From: Escherichia phage vB_EcoM_ASO2A | DNA length: 64,000 nucleotides | Direction: 5' to 3' (one strand) | Sequence record: MZ726793.1 | Shown: in pieces, positions 26,858 to 35,872 of the stretch | Layout: every line of letters starts with the position of its first letter | How positions within the stretch are numbered: position 1 is the first letter of the stretch | Notes under the pieces: model-generated | Told to the model about the DNA's origin: nothing | Databases searched by the model: none | What the model saw: only the letters and a program-made list of their open reading frames with translations | Position numbers and translations under genes: made by a program

Positions 26858-27782
26858 AAGGCTTAACTACATGTTGATTAGCTTTAAAACGTTCAACATA
26901 GTCGTTTTCGCCCATGTTTTCATATAGCTTAGTAACAACATAAAAGTTTTCCCAAGCATATTCCCTAAACCAACCACTAGTGATGGATGTGCAGACTTTA
27001 GATAAAGCCATTATAAAACTTTGCTTAGGGGTTGGACCTCCGATCTCTTCACCGAAAGGAATTTGTGAACGTTCCAAAGCCAAAACACACGCTTCTTCAT
27101 AAACACCTAACAGGCGCACATGTTTTGGTTGAGCAAAAAACTTTTCTTTGCTGGTCATAACTTCACTTCCATCTTTCATATAAGATTTATATGCTGGAGC
27201 ATCCATTAACGCGATTGCTTCATGGATAGAATCATGATCATAAACATAGGGAACCTCGTCACCTTTAAAGAAGTCTTTACTTTTTACGTTTAAGTTCGGA
27301 TGAGAGTAAGTGTATGTTTCTTTCTCACGTAACTCATAAATACTCTTAAGATTTTCTGGGATCTTTGCGCCCAGTGACCGCATGAAATGAATATCTTTCA
27401 TAGTTTTAAAGAAGTGAGGACTATCCTTTTTAAAACGATGACTCATTTTAAGAAGGTAGAGCACATCTAAAGGAGCAACAACATGTCCAGCGTAAGTTCG
27501 ACGAACATCATCAGAATCTTCACAATAACTAATCAAAGCTTCTGTGCTATCTCCTTGAGAAGCAATATCATATTCCAAATGTGCACCAGCTATCATTTTG
27601 ACGTGGCCTTTGTTCCTTTTACGTTCTACAAGTTCAACAAACTCGTCTTGAGAGAACATTTTTGATAATTCTTCCCACTCTTGTTCTGTACACAGGTAAT
27701 CTAAATCTACACAAGGGCGATACAAGTCTTTTCCCATGTCCATAGCATGAATTTGTAATGCACGGCTACCAATTAACACCAT
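26841..27782 (-). CDS. hypothetical protein (possible nucleotidyltransferase fold)
   Basis: 313 aa; weak N-terminal GS...DLD pattern; first gene of the operon. Confidence 0.45.
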   Translation of the reverse strand: MVLIGSRALQIHAMDMGKDLYRPCVDLDYLCTEQEWEELSKMFSQDEFVELVERKRNKGHVKMIAGAHLEYDIASQGDSTEALISYCEDSDDVRRTYAGHVVAPLDVLYLLKMSHRFKKDSPHFFKTMKDIHFMRSLGAKIPENLKSIYELREKETYTYSHPNLNVKSKDFFKGDEVPYVYDHDSIHEAIALMDAPAYKSYMKDGSEVMTSKEKFFAQPKHVRLLGVYEEACVLALERSQIPFGEEIGGPTPKQSFIMALSKVCTSITSGWFREYAWENFYVVTKLYENMGENDYVERFKANQHVVKPFEGGY

Positions 27783-27840
27783 AATATTTCTCCTCTATTG
27801 GTTGATAGGTTAAGTTTATCAAGCTTCCAGATTCCTGTCA

Positions 27841-27864
27841 ATAAAAAACCCGCCGAAGCGGGTT
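27841..27864 (-). terminator. Rho-independent terminator (UUCG loop)
   Basis: On minus strand CCCGC-UUCG-GCGGG then UUUUUU; the T-run overlaps the -35 of the SIR2-operon promoter. Confidence 0.6.
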
Positions 27865-27872
27865 ATTATTTA

Positions 27873-28145
27873 CTAACACATTGAGGAAGAAGAGATCCAA
27901 ACACCTCTTGTGGTTAAACCATTTTCATCCAACTCTACACCATAATCTTCACAAATGAAATCAATATAGTGATCTGCGGCTGGCGTTCCTGTAGGGTAAT
28001 AAGTTTCTCCGTTACCGTAGTCACCTATCCAAGCTTGTTCCTGAAACTGTTCACAGAGTTCTTCAATTTCCTTACGAAACTTTCTTTGTGCTTGTTCCAT
28101 CTCTTTAACTTTCTTTTTTATCAGCAGTTCGCCTTCAGACTCCAC
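27873..28145 (-). CDS. acidic small protein, paralog family C (C-terminal W-SSS-C)
   Basis: 90 aa, GTG start after SD AAGGAG; ends GVWISSSSMC. Confidence 0.5.
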   Translation of the reverse strand: MESEGELLIKKKVKEMEQAQRKFRKEIEELCEQFQEQAWIGDYGNGETYYPTGTPAADHYIDFICEDYGVELDENGLTTRGVWISSSSMC

Positions 28146-28154
28146 AATCTCTCC

Positions 28155-28373
28155 TTAACAGCTACTACTGTGCCAAACGCCTTGAGAATTAACGACGAAA
28201 CCATCATCACCTTCACCATAACAAGAAGAGGATTGCCAATCTTCAAAACAGATTGCGTCATCTTCTAAGCTAAGACCAAAACCAGCATCTTCGGCTTCTT
28301 TTGTAAGTTCGTCCACTAAAGCCATAATAGCTTGGGCTTTTTCAGTTAATTCTTCAATGTTACGATAACTCAT
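28155..28373 (-). CDS. acidic small protein, paralog family C
   Basis: 72 aa from ATG 28373; SD GAGGAG; ends GVWHSSSC with an internal WQSSSC. Confidence 0.55.
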   Translation of the reverse strand: MSYRNIEELTEKAQAIMALVDELTKEAEDAGFGLSLEDDAICFEDWQSSSCYGEGDDGFVVNSQGVWHSSSC

Positions 28374-28642
28374 TAGTATTTCTCCTCTGGTTGGAAAACG
28401 GAACGACAGGCCCACATAGAAGCTTCTTTCAACTTAGTCTTTGCTATTGAAATTTGGTCAAGGCGGGTGGATATATTGGTAGACTCTTCCAAATCTTCAC
28501 AATCATCCAGTTCAGCCCACAATTCAGACATTAGAGCATCAAAGATTAATCCTAATCGAACTTCAGCATCTTTAATAGCATTCACTTTACCAATTTTGTC
28601 ATCGGTATGCGGTTTATAACCTTTGATATCTTCGATTCCCAC
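28373..28642 (-). CDS. hypothetical protein
   Basis: 89 aa with GTG start 4 nt after AGGAGG. Confidence 0.45.
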   Translation of the reverse strand: MGIEDIKGYKPHTDDKIGKVNAIKDAEVRLGLIFDALMSELWAELDDCEDLEESTNISTRLDQISIAKTKLKEASMWACRSVFQPEEKY

Positions 28643-28653
28643 TTTACCTCCTA

Positions 28654-28851
28654 TTAACAACTTAAAGAAGATGGATGCCAATTTGTTCCAGTATTCTCAT
28701 TTTCATCTTCTGGATCATAATAACCACCCATCCCATATTCAGGAGAGAAACTGAAACCTTCACCAGTCTCGTCTGCTAACTGTTCTGCTTCCGCTAAAGC
28801 CTCATAAGCTGCTTTTACGGCTTCTTCTACTGTTTTAAACTTGGTCGTCAT
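28654..28851 (-). CDS. acidic small protein, paralog family C
   Basis: 65 aa; ends NWHPSSLSC. Confidence 0.55.
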   Translation of the reverse strand: MTTKFKTVEEAVKAAYEALAEAEQLADETGEGFSFSPEYGMGGYYDPEDENENTGTNWHPSSLSC

Positions 28852-29125
28852 AAAATTTCTCCTCTCCTAAAGACATGTTGACATGAAATGCGCGGTATGT
28901 AAATTCGTTGTCCGTTGTGTTAGAATAAAACTCAAATTGAACAACACCGTCTTGAGAAGACAAATACATGCCAATTTGAACTGTTCCTTCTGGTACCAGG
29001 TAAGCATACTCTGGACGTAGTGTTACATTGTAAAAATAAAGTTCCCCAACACCCATTTCATCCCAAGCTTCCCAAGCGGTAACGAAGTTACTTTCAAAAC
29101 TTGTTACTGATCCGAACTCTGCCAT
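28835..29125 (-). CDS. hypothetical protein
   Basis: 96-aa ORF. Confidence 0.5.
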   Translation of the reverse strand: MAEFGSVTSFESNFVTAWEAWDEMGVGELYFYNVTLRPEYAYLVPEGTVQIGMYLSSQDGVVQFEFYSNTTDNEFTYRAFHVNMSLGEEKFYDDQV

Positions 29126-29616
29126 AAAACCTCCTCAATCTTGTAGTTTGACTCCATCTCCAACACATTTCCACGAACATCTCTCCGAAGAAAGGCATAA
29201 GCTTTATTAGGTATTGTAGACTCATATTTAACCATATCTGGCACAGCAAAAGATACTACTACTCCTGCTGGGCTTCTGTCAAGAGCCTTATTAATATTTC
29301 TAAGGATATCGTTAGCCAAGATTTCTGCCAATTCTCCAAGAACAGTTTCGGTTATATCTTTATATCCCATTAAATATTTGTTGATATCTTTCATCTCTGT
29401 ATTGTTCAGAGTATAGTCTAAAGGATAAAAATTCAAAGAGGAGTCACTTTTATGTGTCCACATGAAATGCACCCGATCCGAGCAGAATCGTAACCCTCTA
29501 CGAAGAATATCTTCTACAACAGGGAGAATTTCTTTTGTCACATCATTAACCATGTTGTAATCTAAGATTTCTGCCAAGTTTGTTCTTTGTTCACCACGTT
29601 TACGTCTAGGAATCAC
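29104..29616 (-). CDS. hypothetical protein
   Basis: 170-aa ORF. Confidence 0.5.
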   Translation of the reverse strand: MIPRRKRGEQRTNLAEILDYNMVNDVTKEILPVVEDILRRGLRFCSDRVHFMWTHKSDSSLNFYPLDYTLNNTEMKDINKYLMGYKDITETVLGELAEILANDILRNINKALDRSPAGVVVSFAVPDMVKYESTIPNKAYAFLRRDVRGNVLEMESNYKIEEVLWQSSDQ

Positions 29617-30187
29617 TTGTTATTGCCCTCATTACCAAAGGTCGTAGAAAATCGTAAATCTCTTGTTTTGTTTTCCCACGAATGTTTAAACAAGGAACAT
29701 TATTGGCTTTAGCTATCTTCCAAGCCGTAGCTGTTCCACCTTTTGCATCTCCATGTTTATCAGTATTAGTACAAGCCAACAAGAAACATGATGGAGCAGG
29801 ATTCTCCAAATCTCTGCCTAACACTTGATGCACATTACGTTGGTGCAATTTTCTAGCACCCTGCTTAAGCTTTTCATAAGCTGGGTGAACATCTTTGATC
29901 CATTGCACAGAGATAGCATAGTTCATTGTATCTGGTTTTGCAAGAACAATAACATCACCTGGAATCTGATTACCTTTGAAATTTTCCCAAGGAACATAAA
30001 TTTCCTTGTTAGTAGGATTTTCAGACTCTTGGACACCTGTTTCAAAAGCAGAATCACTACCCTCTGCCTTACCAGACCGTAATTTAAACCCAAGGTTTGA
30101 AAGCCATTTCCCTATGCCTACCATCAAAGCCCACTCTTCTTCAGATATGTCCCTACTTCCAACTCCCGTATAGAACAGTTCTGCCAT
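29606..30187 (-). CDS. DprA/Smf-like Rossmann-fold protein (putative)
   Basis: 193 aa from ATG 30187; YTGVGSRD and SGKAEGSDSA resemble DprA motifs. Confidence 0.4.
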   Translation of the reverse strand: MAELFYTGVGSRDISEEEWALMVGIGKWLSNLGFKLRSGKAEGSDSAFETGVQESENPTNKEIYVPWENFKGNQIPGDVIVLAKPDTMNYAISVQWIKDVHPAYEKLKQGARKLHQRNVHQVLGRDLENPAPSCFLLACTNTDKHGDAKGGTATAWKIAKANNVPCLNIRGKTKQEIYDFLRPLVMRAITSDS

Positions 30188-30194
30188 AATCACC

Positions 30195-30503
30195 TCAACA
30201 AGTAATTTCAAAAGGTGTATAGGGTTCCGTATTTCTCATAATCCAAGGACTGCTAGGATTGCTCGGATCATAAGGACCAAAAGGTTTTATGGTAGGTTGT
30301 GTTTCTTTCTTCTGAATCTCTTCAAAAATACGACGAAGTTCAGAATATTCTTGATCCACCATAAGATTCGGTGCATCTGATTCTACAGTTTGCAGGTTAT
30401 CTTCCTTAAGAACAATCTCACGAACAAGATTAACATCTTCTGTTTCTAAGATAACTTCTTTACGGATATTACCTACACTTTGAATAATTGTAATTTTATA
30501 CAT
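30195..30503 (-). CDS. hypothetical protein
   Basis: 102-aa ORF. Confidence 0.5.
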   Translation of the reverse strand: MYKITIIQSVGNIRKEVILETEDVNLVREIVLKEDNLQTVESDAPNLMVDQEYSELRRIFEEIQKKETQPTIKPFGPYDPSNPSSPWIMRNTEPYTPFEITC

Positions 30504-31246
30504 TAATCCTCCTCAAGAGTTGAATAAAATTGAAGACCACCATCCATATCGAAATAAGCAAATGTTAAGTTATTATTGAACACAGATCCAGTATCCATAT
30601 AAACACGATTCGCATTGATAATAGGTGTTTTTACATAAGAGTGTCCATGAAACACATAATCCACACCCATCACAACAGGAAGTTTCATTCCCTCTTTAGC
30701 ACAGTCTACCATATCTCTGTCCCACATAAGTGCTTCAGCAAAACGGTTTTCCTGTGTTTTTGTCATCTTCGAAATGTATTCTGGAAGATCTGTTACAGGG
30801 AGATATTCCAAAGAAGATGGATACCCACCATGAATAAACGCAAGTTTCATGCCTCTGTAGTTAACAATGAGAACAACAGGTAAATCTTCTGTCATCATTG
30901 CTAAGGCTGTAGCTCCTTCTTCACCACATTCTTCAAATACCGTATATCCTCCATTTTGATACCAACACTCGTAGTAGCTACGATCTCCTTCCAGCATACC
31001 TTTAATCATCATGTCTTCATGATTGCCACGAATAGCGTAGCGATTGTGTTTACGAGTAAATTCTAAAACACAACGAAAGTTTTGCTTTCCACGATCAGTA
31101 AGATCTCCTAAAGATACAACTACATCTGTATCTCGGATACCTAACTTTGCCTTTCCTTTTTCATACAGATTATAACAACCATGTAGATCTCCAATTATAA
31201 AAAGGTCTTGATCGCTTTTAACAGTAATTTCTCTATGTATGATCAC
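30503..31246 (-). CDS. Ser/Thr protein phosphatase (metallophosphatase)
   Basis: 247 aa; motifs GDLHGC, GDLTDRG, GNHE. Confidence 0.8.
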   Translation of the reverse strand: MIIHREITVKSDQDLFIIGDLHGCYNLYEKGKAKLGIRDTDVVVSLGDLTDRGKQNFRCVLEFTRKHNRYAIRGNHEDMMIKGMLEGDRSYYECWYQNGGYTVFEECGEEGATALAMMTEDLPVVLIVNYRGMKLAFIHGGYPSSLEYLPVTDLPEYISKMTKTQENRFAEALMWDRDMVDCAKEGMKLPVVMGVDYVFHGHSYVKTPIINANRVYMDTGSVFNNNLTFAYFDMDGGLQFYSTLEED

Positions 31247-31572
31247 TTATCCTCCTCAAAATCTAAGAAAATAAAAATATTCACCTTTCCTTCAATCTCT
31301 TGTTCTAAAACAAGATCGGCAAATTCTGCATAAGCTTTCTCTTCAACTTTTTCAATATGCTCTGCGGCATCTTTAAAAGGCGTATCCCCATCCACCTTTA
31401 CTAATAAGAAAAGAGATCGCATTTCTACGCTTTTACTGTTACGAGGAAGGAAATCTACAGCTTCAACAATTCTCCAACCCAAATAGCCAGGGGTTTTATG
31501 AATCTCTCCTAAATACTTTTCTAAGATTTTACGACCCTCGTCGATAAGGGCTTGTTCTGTAGTAATTTCCAT
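31243..31572 (-). CDS. hypothetical protein
   Basis: 109-aa ORF. Confidence 0.5.
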   Translation of the reverse strand: MEITTEQALIDEGRKILEKYLGEIHKTPGYLGWRIVEAVDFLPRNSKSVEMRSLFLLVKVDGDTPFKDAAEHIEKVEEKAYAEFADLVLEQEIEGKVNIFIFLDFEEDK

Positions 31573-31582
31573 TCCTTCCTCC

Positions 31583-32173
31583 TCAAATTATTAACGAAAC
31601 CGCATGACTAAATCTTGGTTCAGATATAACCTCTGCTACAGTAACATATGTATCGTGCAGCCAAAAAGATTCTACTCTACAAACACAAATACCGTTGATA
31701 ATGAAATCTACACAGGCTTTATTATTTTCGCACACTTGTTGACTATAAACAACCCCTAAAGAGTCATAAAGTGATCTCACTGTTGCTACCATTTCATCTG
31801 TTTCGTCTTCCTGTGAAACAAAGAAAACGAATACAGACAAGTTATTAGCGAAAGTATTGCTATTCTCTACTTCAACCGACTTACAAGGTAAAAAGGAGTA
31901 ATATTTACCATTAGGTATCAATTTCGCCTCAACCTGGTTAAGTATGCTTTGAGATGGTTTTGTTACATAAAAAAGATTTTCTGTTGGGTTTTCAACATTA
32001 CTCCTTACTATGCAACGAGTGGGGTTCGAAGGATCAAAAACATGATCGAAATCGACACACACAGGTAAGTTAACAACTTTAAACTTTTTGCTAAGAATGC
32101 TTACTGCTGTAAAAATCAAACCAGCATTTATTTTGCCAGTGAAAGTTGAACGCATAACTACTCCTCGGATCAT
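31583..32173 (-). CDS. hypothetical protein
   Basis: 196-aa ORF; ATGA overlap with upstream gene. Confidence 0.5.
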   Translation of the reverse strand: MIRGVVMRSTFTGKINAGLIFTAVSILSKKFKVVNLPVCVDFDHVFDPSNPTRCIVRSNVENPTENLFYVTKPSQSILNQVEAKLIPNGKYYSFLPCKSVEVENSNTFANNLSVFVFFVSQEDETDEMVATVRSLYDSLGVVYSQQVCENNKACVDFIINGICVCRVESFWLHDTYVTVAEVISEPRFSHAVSLII

Positions 32174-32364
32174 TCTACCAAAGAGAATTCCGCCTCTTCC
32201 AGGTAGATTACAGACCTTGTTGCATGATATTTAACGCTCCAGAAATTACCTTCGCGCCGTAAAAGTATCTCATTCACATCAAGATTGCTTAGAAAAACCA
32301 TATAACTTAAAGCTTGTTGACGCGTTGAGAATTGTTTCTCTAAAAGTTCTTCTCCGCTCTGCAT
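32170..32364 (-). CDS. hypothetical protein
   Basis: 64-aa ORF. Confidence 0.45.
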   Translation of the reverse strand: MQSGEELLEKQFSTRQQALSYMVFLSNLDVNEILLRREGNFWSVKYHATRSVIYLEEAEFSLVE

Positions 32365-32409
32365 AATCCCTCCTTAAAATACTCCCTCCGAAAAGGGAGT
32401 ATAAGTATA

Positions 32410-32613
32410 TCACGTAGTTGTTATGTTGTCTTCTTGGATTCTAGAATCCACTTCTGCAAACATATCTTCTGCACTGTAATTATTTCCAGTCCAGCGTGAT
32501 AAAAGGATAGCACCAATCTCTTTTGCATGAGATTCGGACTCCGCATAAACGTTAGTCCCAGTGTCACCTTTTTTCTTTTCATGTGCATAAATGCAGTAAT
32601 AATTGTAAGCCAT
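32410..32613 (-). CDS. hypothetical protein
   Basis: 67-aa ORF. Confidence 0.45.
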   Translation of the reverse strand: MAYNYYCIYAHEKKKGDTGTNVYAESESHAKEIGAILLSRWTGNNYSAEDMFAEVDSRIQEDNITTT

Positions 32614-32849
32614 TAGTCTTCCCAGTCATTGCCCTCGGTAGAGTGAACCAAAGCTCGCACGATACCGCCGTAATCTACTGCCTGATTTGCAGCATGTTCG
32701 GCATAAACTTCAATGGCTTTTTTGAAGAAAAGAGCAGTAGCTGCTTCAATATTATCCATTTCGCCATCTACGTCAGTAGAAAGTGAAAGGTTGAGGCTTT
32801 CATCTACTTCATCAAAATCAATAGCCACTGTCATAATTAGTTTACCCAT
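32613..32849 (-). CDS. hypothetical protein
   Basis: 78-aa ORF. Confidence 0.5.
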   Translation of the reverse strand: MGKLIMTVAIDFDEVDESLNLSLSTDVDGEMDNIEAATALFFKKAIEVYAEHAANQAVDYGGIVRALVHSTEGNDWED

Positions 32850-32861
32850 AGTTCACACTCC

Positions 32862-33371
32862 TTAAACAAAATAAAATGGTTGAGAGAGGCCCAAACGATT
32901 CTTTGGGTCGTATACATACCAAGCGTATGCTGTCTTATCTGTTCCACCTGCAACAAACGAAGGCCGTTCTGAAAGGACTATAAGGTTTGTTGGTGGATTC
33001 TTTTGATGGAACTCTCGTCGTTTCTTTGACTCCAAGAAGCCCAACCGAAGAAGATAAATACAAACATCCGCCTCTTTTAAGCTCTTTTCCAAGAACTCCA
33101 TTGCTAACTTAAATGGAGGATTTGTGATTATAATATCGGGACGATTTTCCCATTTATGACTAAAATAATCTTTACCTTCTTCAAGTTCGCAATATTCTGA
33201 ACCTTCAGGAAAATGGCGATAAATCGCTTCAGCTTCACCTCTACAAGGTTCTGCAAAAACCCAACCTTCTTCCTTTAGATTTTTGAAATCTATAACACTA
33301 AACAAACTATTGATTGCTTTTTGCGGTGTCGGATAATAATCGCTCGTTGGGCGATCATAATCTAATGCCAT
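32862..33371 (-). CDS. N6-adenine DNA methyltransferase-like protein (small phage Dam type)
   Basis: 169 aa; DYYPTP near the N-terminus and IITNPPF catalytic motif. Confidence 0.5.
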   Translation of the reverse strand: MALDYDRPTSDYYPTPQKAINSLFSVIDFKNLKEEGWVFAEPCRGEAEAIYRHFPEGSEYCELEEGKDYFSHKWENRPDIIITNPPFKLAMEFLEKSLKEADVCIYLLRLGFLESKKRREFHQKNPPTNLIVLSERPSFVAGGTDKTAYAWYVYDPKNRLGLSQPFYFV

Positions 33372-33789
33372 CTAAAATCTCCTCTTTTGTAATATTATCC
33401 AACTCTTTAAAGGATGAAATCTCGTTTAATAATCCTATTTGATCAGCCTCTAGAGGATAAGTGTTTTTATCTGTTTTTCTAGACAGAATATCTTCAACAA
33501 ACTTATCAATAGCCAAAGAAGAATCATAAAATTTTAAAAGTTGGTAATCCATAGGAGATATTTTGTCATCTCTTAGAAATATTTCTAACATGTTTTCAGT
33601 AGTATCGTGGTTTAGTGTATGTTCACCAAAAATATTAACTTCGTAAACATCTTTGCCAAACCAACGTTTCTTCTTTTCAACAGTATAGGTTTTTGCCACC
33701 AGACCATCTAAACAGTTTCTTGCCCTCTTACATGTTTGACGGTAAGAGTGGATAGCGCCTTCAACAAACTTAGCAGGAACTTGTAACAT
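33355..33789 (-). CDS. hypothetical protein
   Basis: 144-aa ORF. Confidence 0.5.
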   Translation of the reverse strand: MLQVPAKFVEGAIHSYRQTCKRARNCLDGLVAKTYTVEKKKRWFGKDVYEVNIFGEHTLNHDTTENMLEIFLRDDKISPMDYQLLKFYDSSLAIDKFVEDILSRKTDKNTYPLEADQIGLLNEISSFKELDNITKEEILDGIRL

Positions 33790-33834
33790 TATTAATCTCC
33801 TATGTTTAAGAAATGCCCCCGAAGGGGCAGTTTG

Positions 33835-34527
33835 TTAAATAGCGGTTCCTTCGAAATCCGCCACATTTACGAGATTAATATTTTCAGATTTAGAAGTCAA
33901 GTTGTTTTCTGCAACAGATTTTTCTTCAGTATCCGCCTCGTTACCTGCCACGTTACGAGGTTCTTCTTCACCGTAGGGATTACCGAATTTCAAAAGATTG
34001 ATCAATTCTTCTTTGGAGAAGTTTTCTAAATCATCGTCTGTTAATTCAATAATCTCGTCTTGTTCTTCAATAAATGTTTCACCACCAGAAAAAGCATCTC
34101 GCTTTTTAGCTACTTCCATAGCTTGTTCTGGTGTTGCCCCTGCGTCAAGAGCAGCTAAAGCAAAGTCTGACCCACTTCCTACTGCATAATATTCTTCATC
34201 AATCGGATATGCACGTGTTGGGTTGTTACCTTCGTGCAAGAAAATACGTCCGTCTGGATGAACAACAAGTGCAATAAACTCTTCATCTTCTTTATCTGGA
34301 TCAGAGTGAATCATCAAACCAGGGACAGCATCACGTGCTGCTTCGCACTGTAGATTTTGTTCAAACCATTGAAAGAAAGAAAGCACGGAGGTCAGACGAC
34401 CAGCACCACCTACAAGGTAATCTCCAATTTTTCGGACCTTTTTGAAATTAATAGAATCTACACGTCCACCAAAAGTTACCTTACCGTCACTCAAAATCTT
34501 ATTTTTGGTTGCAATAATTGTCGTCAC
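33835..34527 (-). CDS. HslV-like (proteasome beta-type) threonine peptidase homolog
   Basis: 230 aa; N-terminal MTTI, LVGGAG and AVGSGSDFALAA resemble HslV; long acidic C-terminal extension. Confidence 0.45.
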   Translation of the reverse strand: MTTIIATKNKILSDGKVTFGGRVDSINFKKVRKIGDYLVGGAGRLTSVLSFFQWFEQNLQCEAARDAVPGLMIHSDPDKEDEEFIALVVHPDGRIFLHEGNNPTRAYPIDEEYYAVGSGSDFALAALDAGATPEQAMEVAKKRDAFSGGETFIEEQDEIIELTDDDLENFSKEELINLLKFGNPYGEEEPRNVAGNEADTEEKSVAENNLTSKSENINLVNVADFEGTAI

Positions 34528-35030
34528 TATTCTTCCTCCTCTGTTAATGTTTTAAGAACCGCTTTCCCGCCATTCACATATTTGCAGATGTATTCTATCG
34601 CACGTAGTGTCTCTTTGTCAACAAAAATTTGATCAGACGTTGCGAGCGGGTTATTAAGAAGATCACTGCAATCACGAACAAGCAGTGCTTTCTTATTAAA
34701 CAAATTACTTAAGAACAGTAACTTCGCCTCTTCTTCTGTTATGTGCAGAAGGCTAGGATCGGAGCCAGCTATTCCTATTATACAATCAAACAAGCTTTCT
34801 TTACTATCAGAAAGTTCTTGAAAATGGTTTAAAAGCCAATCTTCTCCTAGACACCAACATTTAAACATTTCCAGTTTATCTCGGAGGGTCATATTCTCTA
34901 AAGTAAGAGCAATCTCTTTTTCAATATGGTTTACACAAATTTGACGAAATTCGTTAGGTTTTACGAGTCCCGTTTGATAGCACTCATCTATACCGCTTCT
35001 TCCGATAGCTATTGTTGCTACACCCATCAA
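34527..35030 (-). CDS. hypothetical protein
   Basis: 167-aa ORF. Confidence 0.5.
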   Translation of the reverse strand: MMGVATIAIGRSGIDECYQTGLVKPNEFRQICVNHIEKEIALTLENMTLRDKLEMFKCWCLGEDWLLNHFQELSDSKESLFDCIIGIAGSDPSLLHITEEEAKLLFLSNLFNKKALLVRDCSDLLNNPLATSDQIFVDKETLRAIEYICKYVNGGKAVLKTLTEEEE

Positions 35031-35062
35031 TCCTCCTTATAAATGGCTTCCCTGCCATGTCA

Positions 35063-35872
35063 TTAAATAAACACTTCAGTAATCAGTTTAGACAAACGTC
35101 CACGTTTATTATCGTCCGTTGTCAGTTCAACGTATCCAATAAAATCTACAATTGGCTCACGAACACCTTCTTCATTTTCTGGATATAAAAGTTCCAAAAT
35201 TTGATGCAGACCATTGCTACGTTTTTTAATTGCATATGTCTGGCGAACATCGCCTAATACAATAACATGCGTATTAATACCTGCACGTTCAATAAGAAGT
35301 TTAAGTGTTTCTGTTGACATAAGTTGTGCTTCGTCAATAATGACGATTGTATTATCCAGGGTGGCCCCCAACAAATAGTTAGGAATATTCAATTCGATCT
35401 TACCTGATCCAATATCGTTTTCCAATTTGTTGGCTGTCATGAATTGCTGGAAAATACGTTTTGTAGATTCATAGTGTGCTGCTAGTTTATCTGTTTTATC
35501 TCCAGACAAGAAACCAATCTGGTCATCTCCGACTTCAGTAGGGTTCTTGATAAAAAGTAGTTTACGGAAGTCTCCTGAACGAAGCATCTGCAAAGCTTTC
35601 CATAAAGCAACAGAGGTTTTACCAGTCCCTGCCGGAGCATTTACAACAGTCAGATCATTCCAAATCATGCTTTGAACAATCTTATTTTGGTCCCCTTCAG
35701 GCATAAATTCATCTAAACGGTAATCGTCATTACCTACCGCTTTTGCTGCATAACGGCTTTCAATCTTTGCTGAATTAGCCAGTTTCTGCCGTTGTGTTTT
35801 AGCTGCGGTTTTATTTCCCATAGTAGCACTCCTTTTAGAAGGGGCCGAAGCCCCTTTATTAGTTGTAAGCAT
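35063..35872 (-). CDS. phoH: PhoH-like ATPase
   Basis: 269 aa; Walker A APAGTGKTS; overall PhoH layout. Confidence 0.8.
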   Translation of the reverse strand: MLTTNKGASAPSKRSATMGNKTAAKTQRQKLANSAKIESRYAAKAVGNDDYRLDEFMPEGDQNKIVQSMIWNDLTVVNAPAGTGKTSVALWKALQMLRSGDFRKLLFIKNPTEVGDDQIGFLSGDKTDKLAAHYESTKRIFQQFMTANKLENDIGSGKIELNIPNYLLGATLDNTIVIIDEAQLMSTETLKLLIERAGINTHVIVLGDVRQTYAIKKRSNGLHQILELLYPENEEGVREPIVDFIGYVELTTDDNKRGRLSKLITEVFI

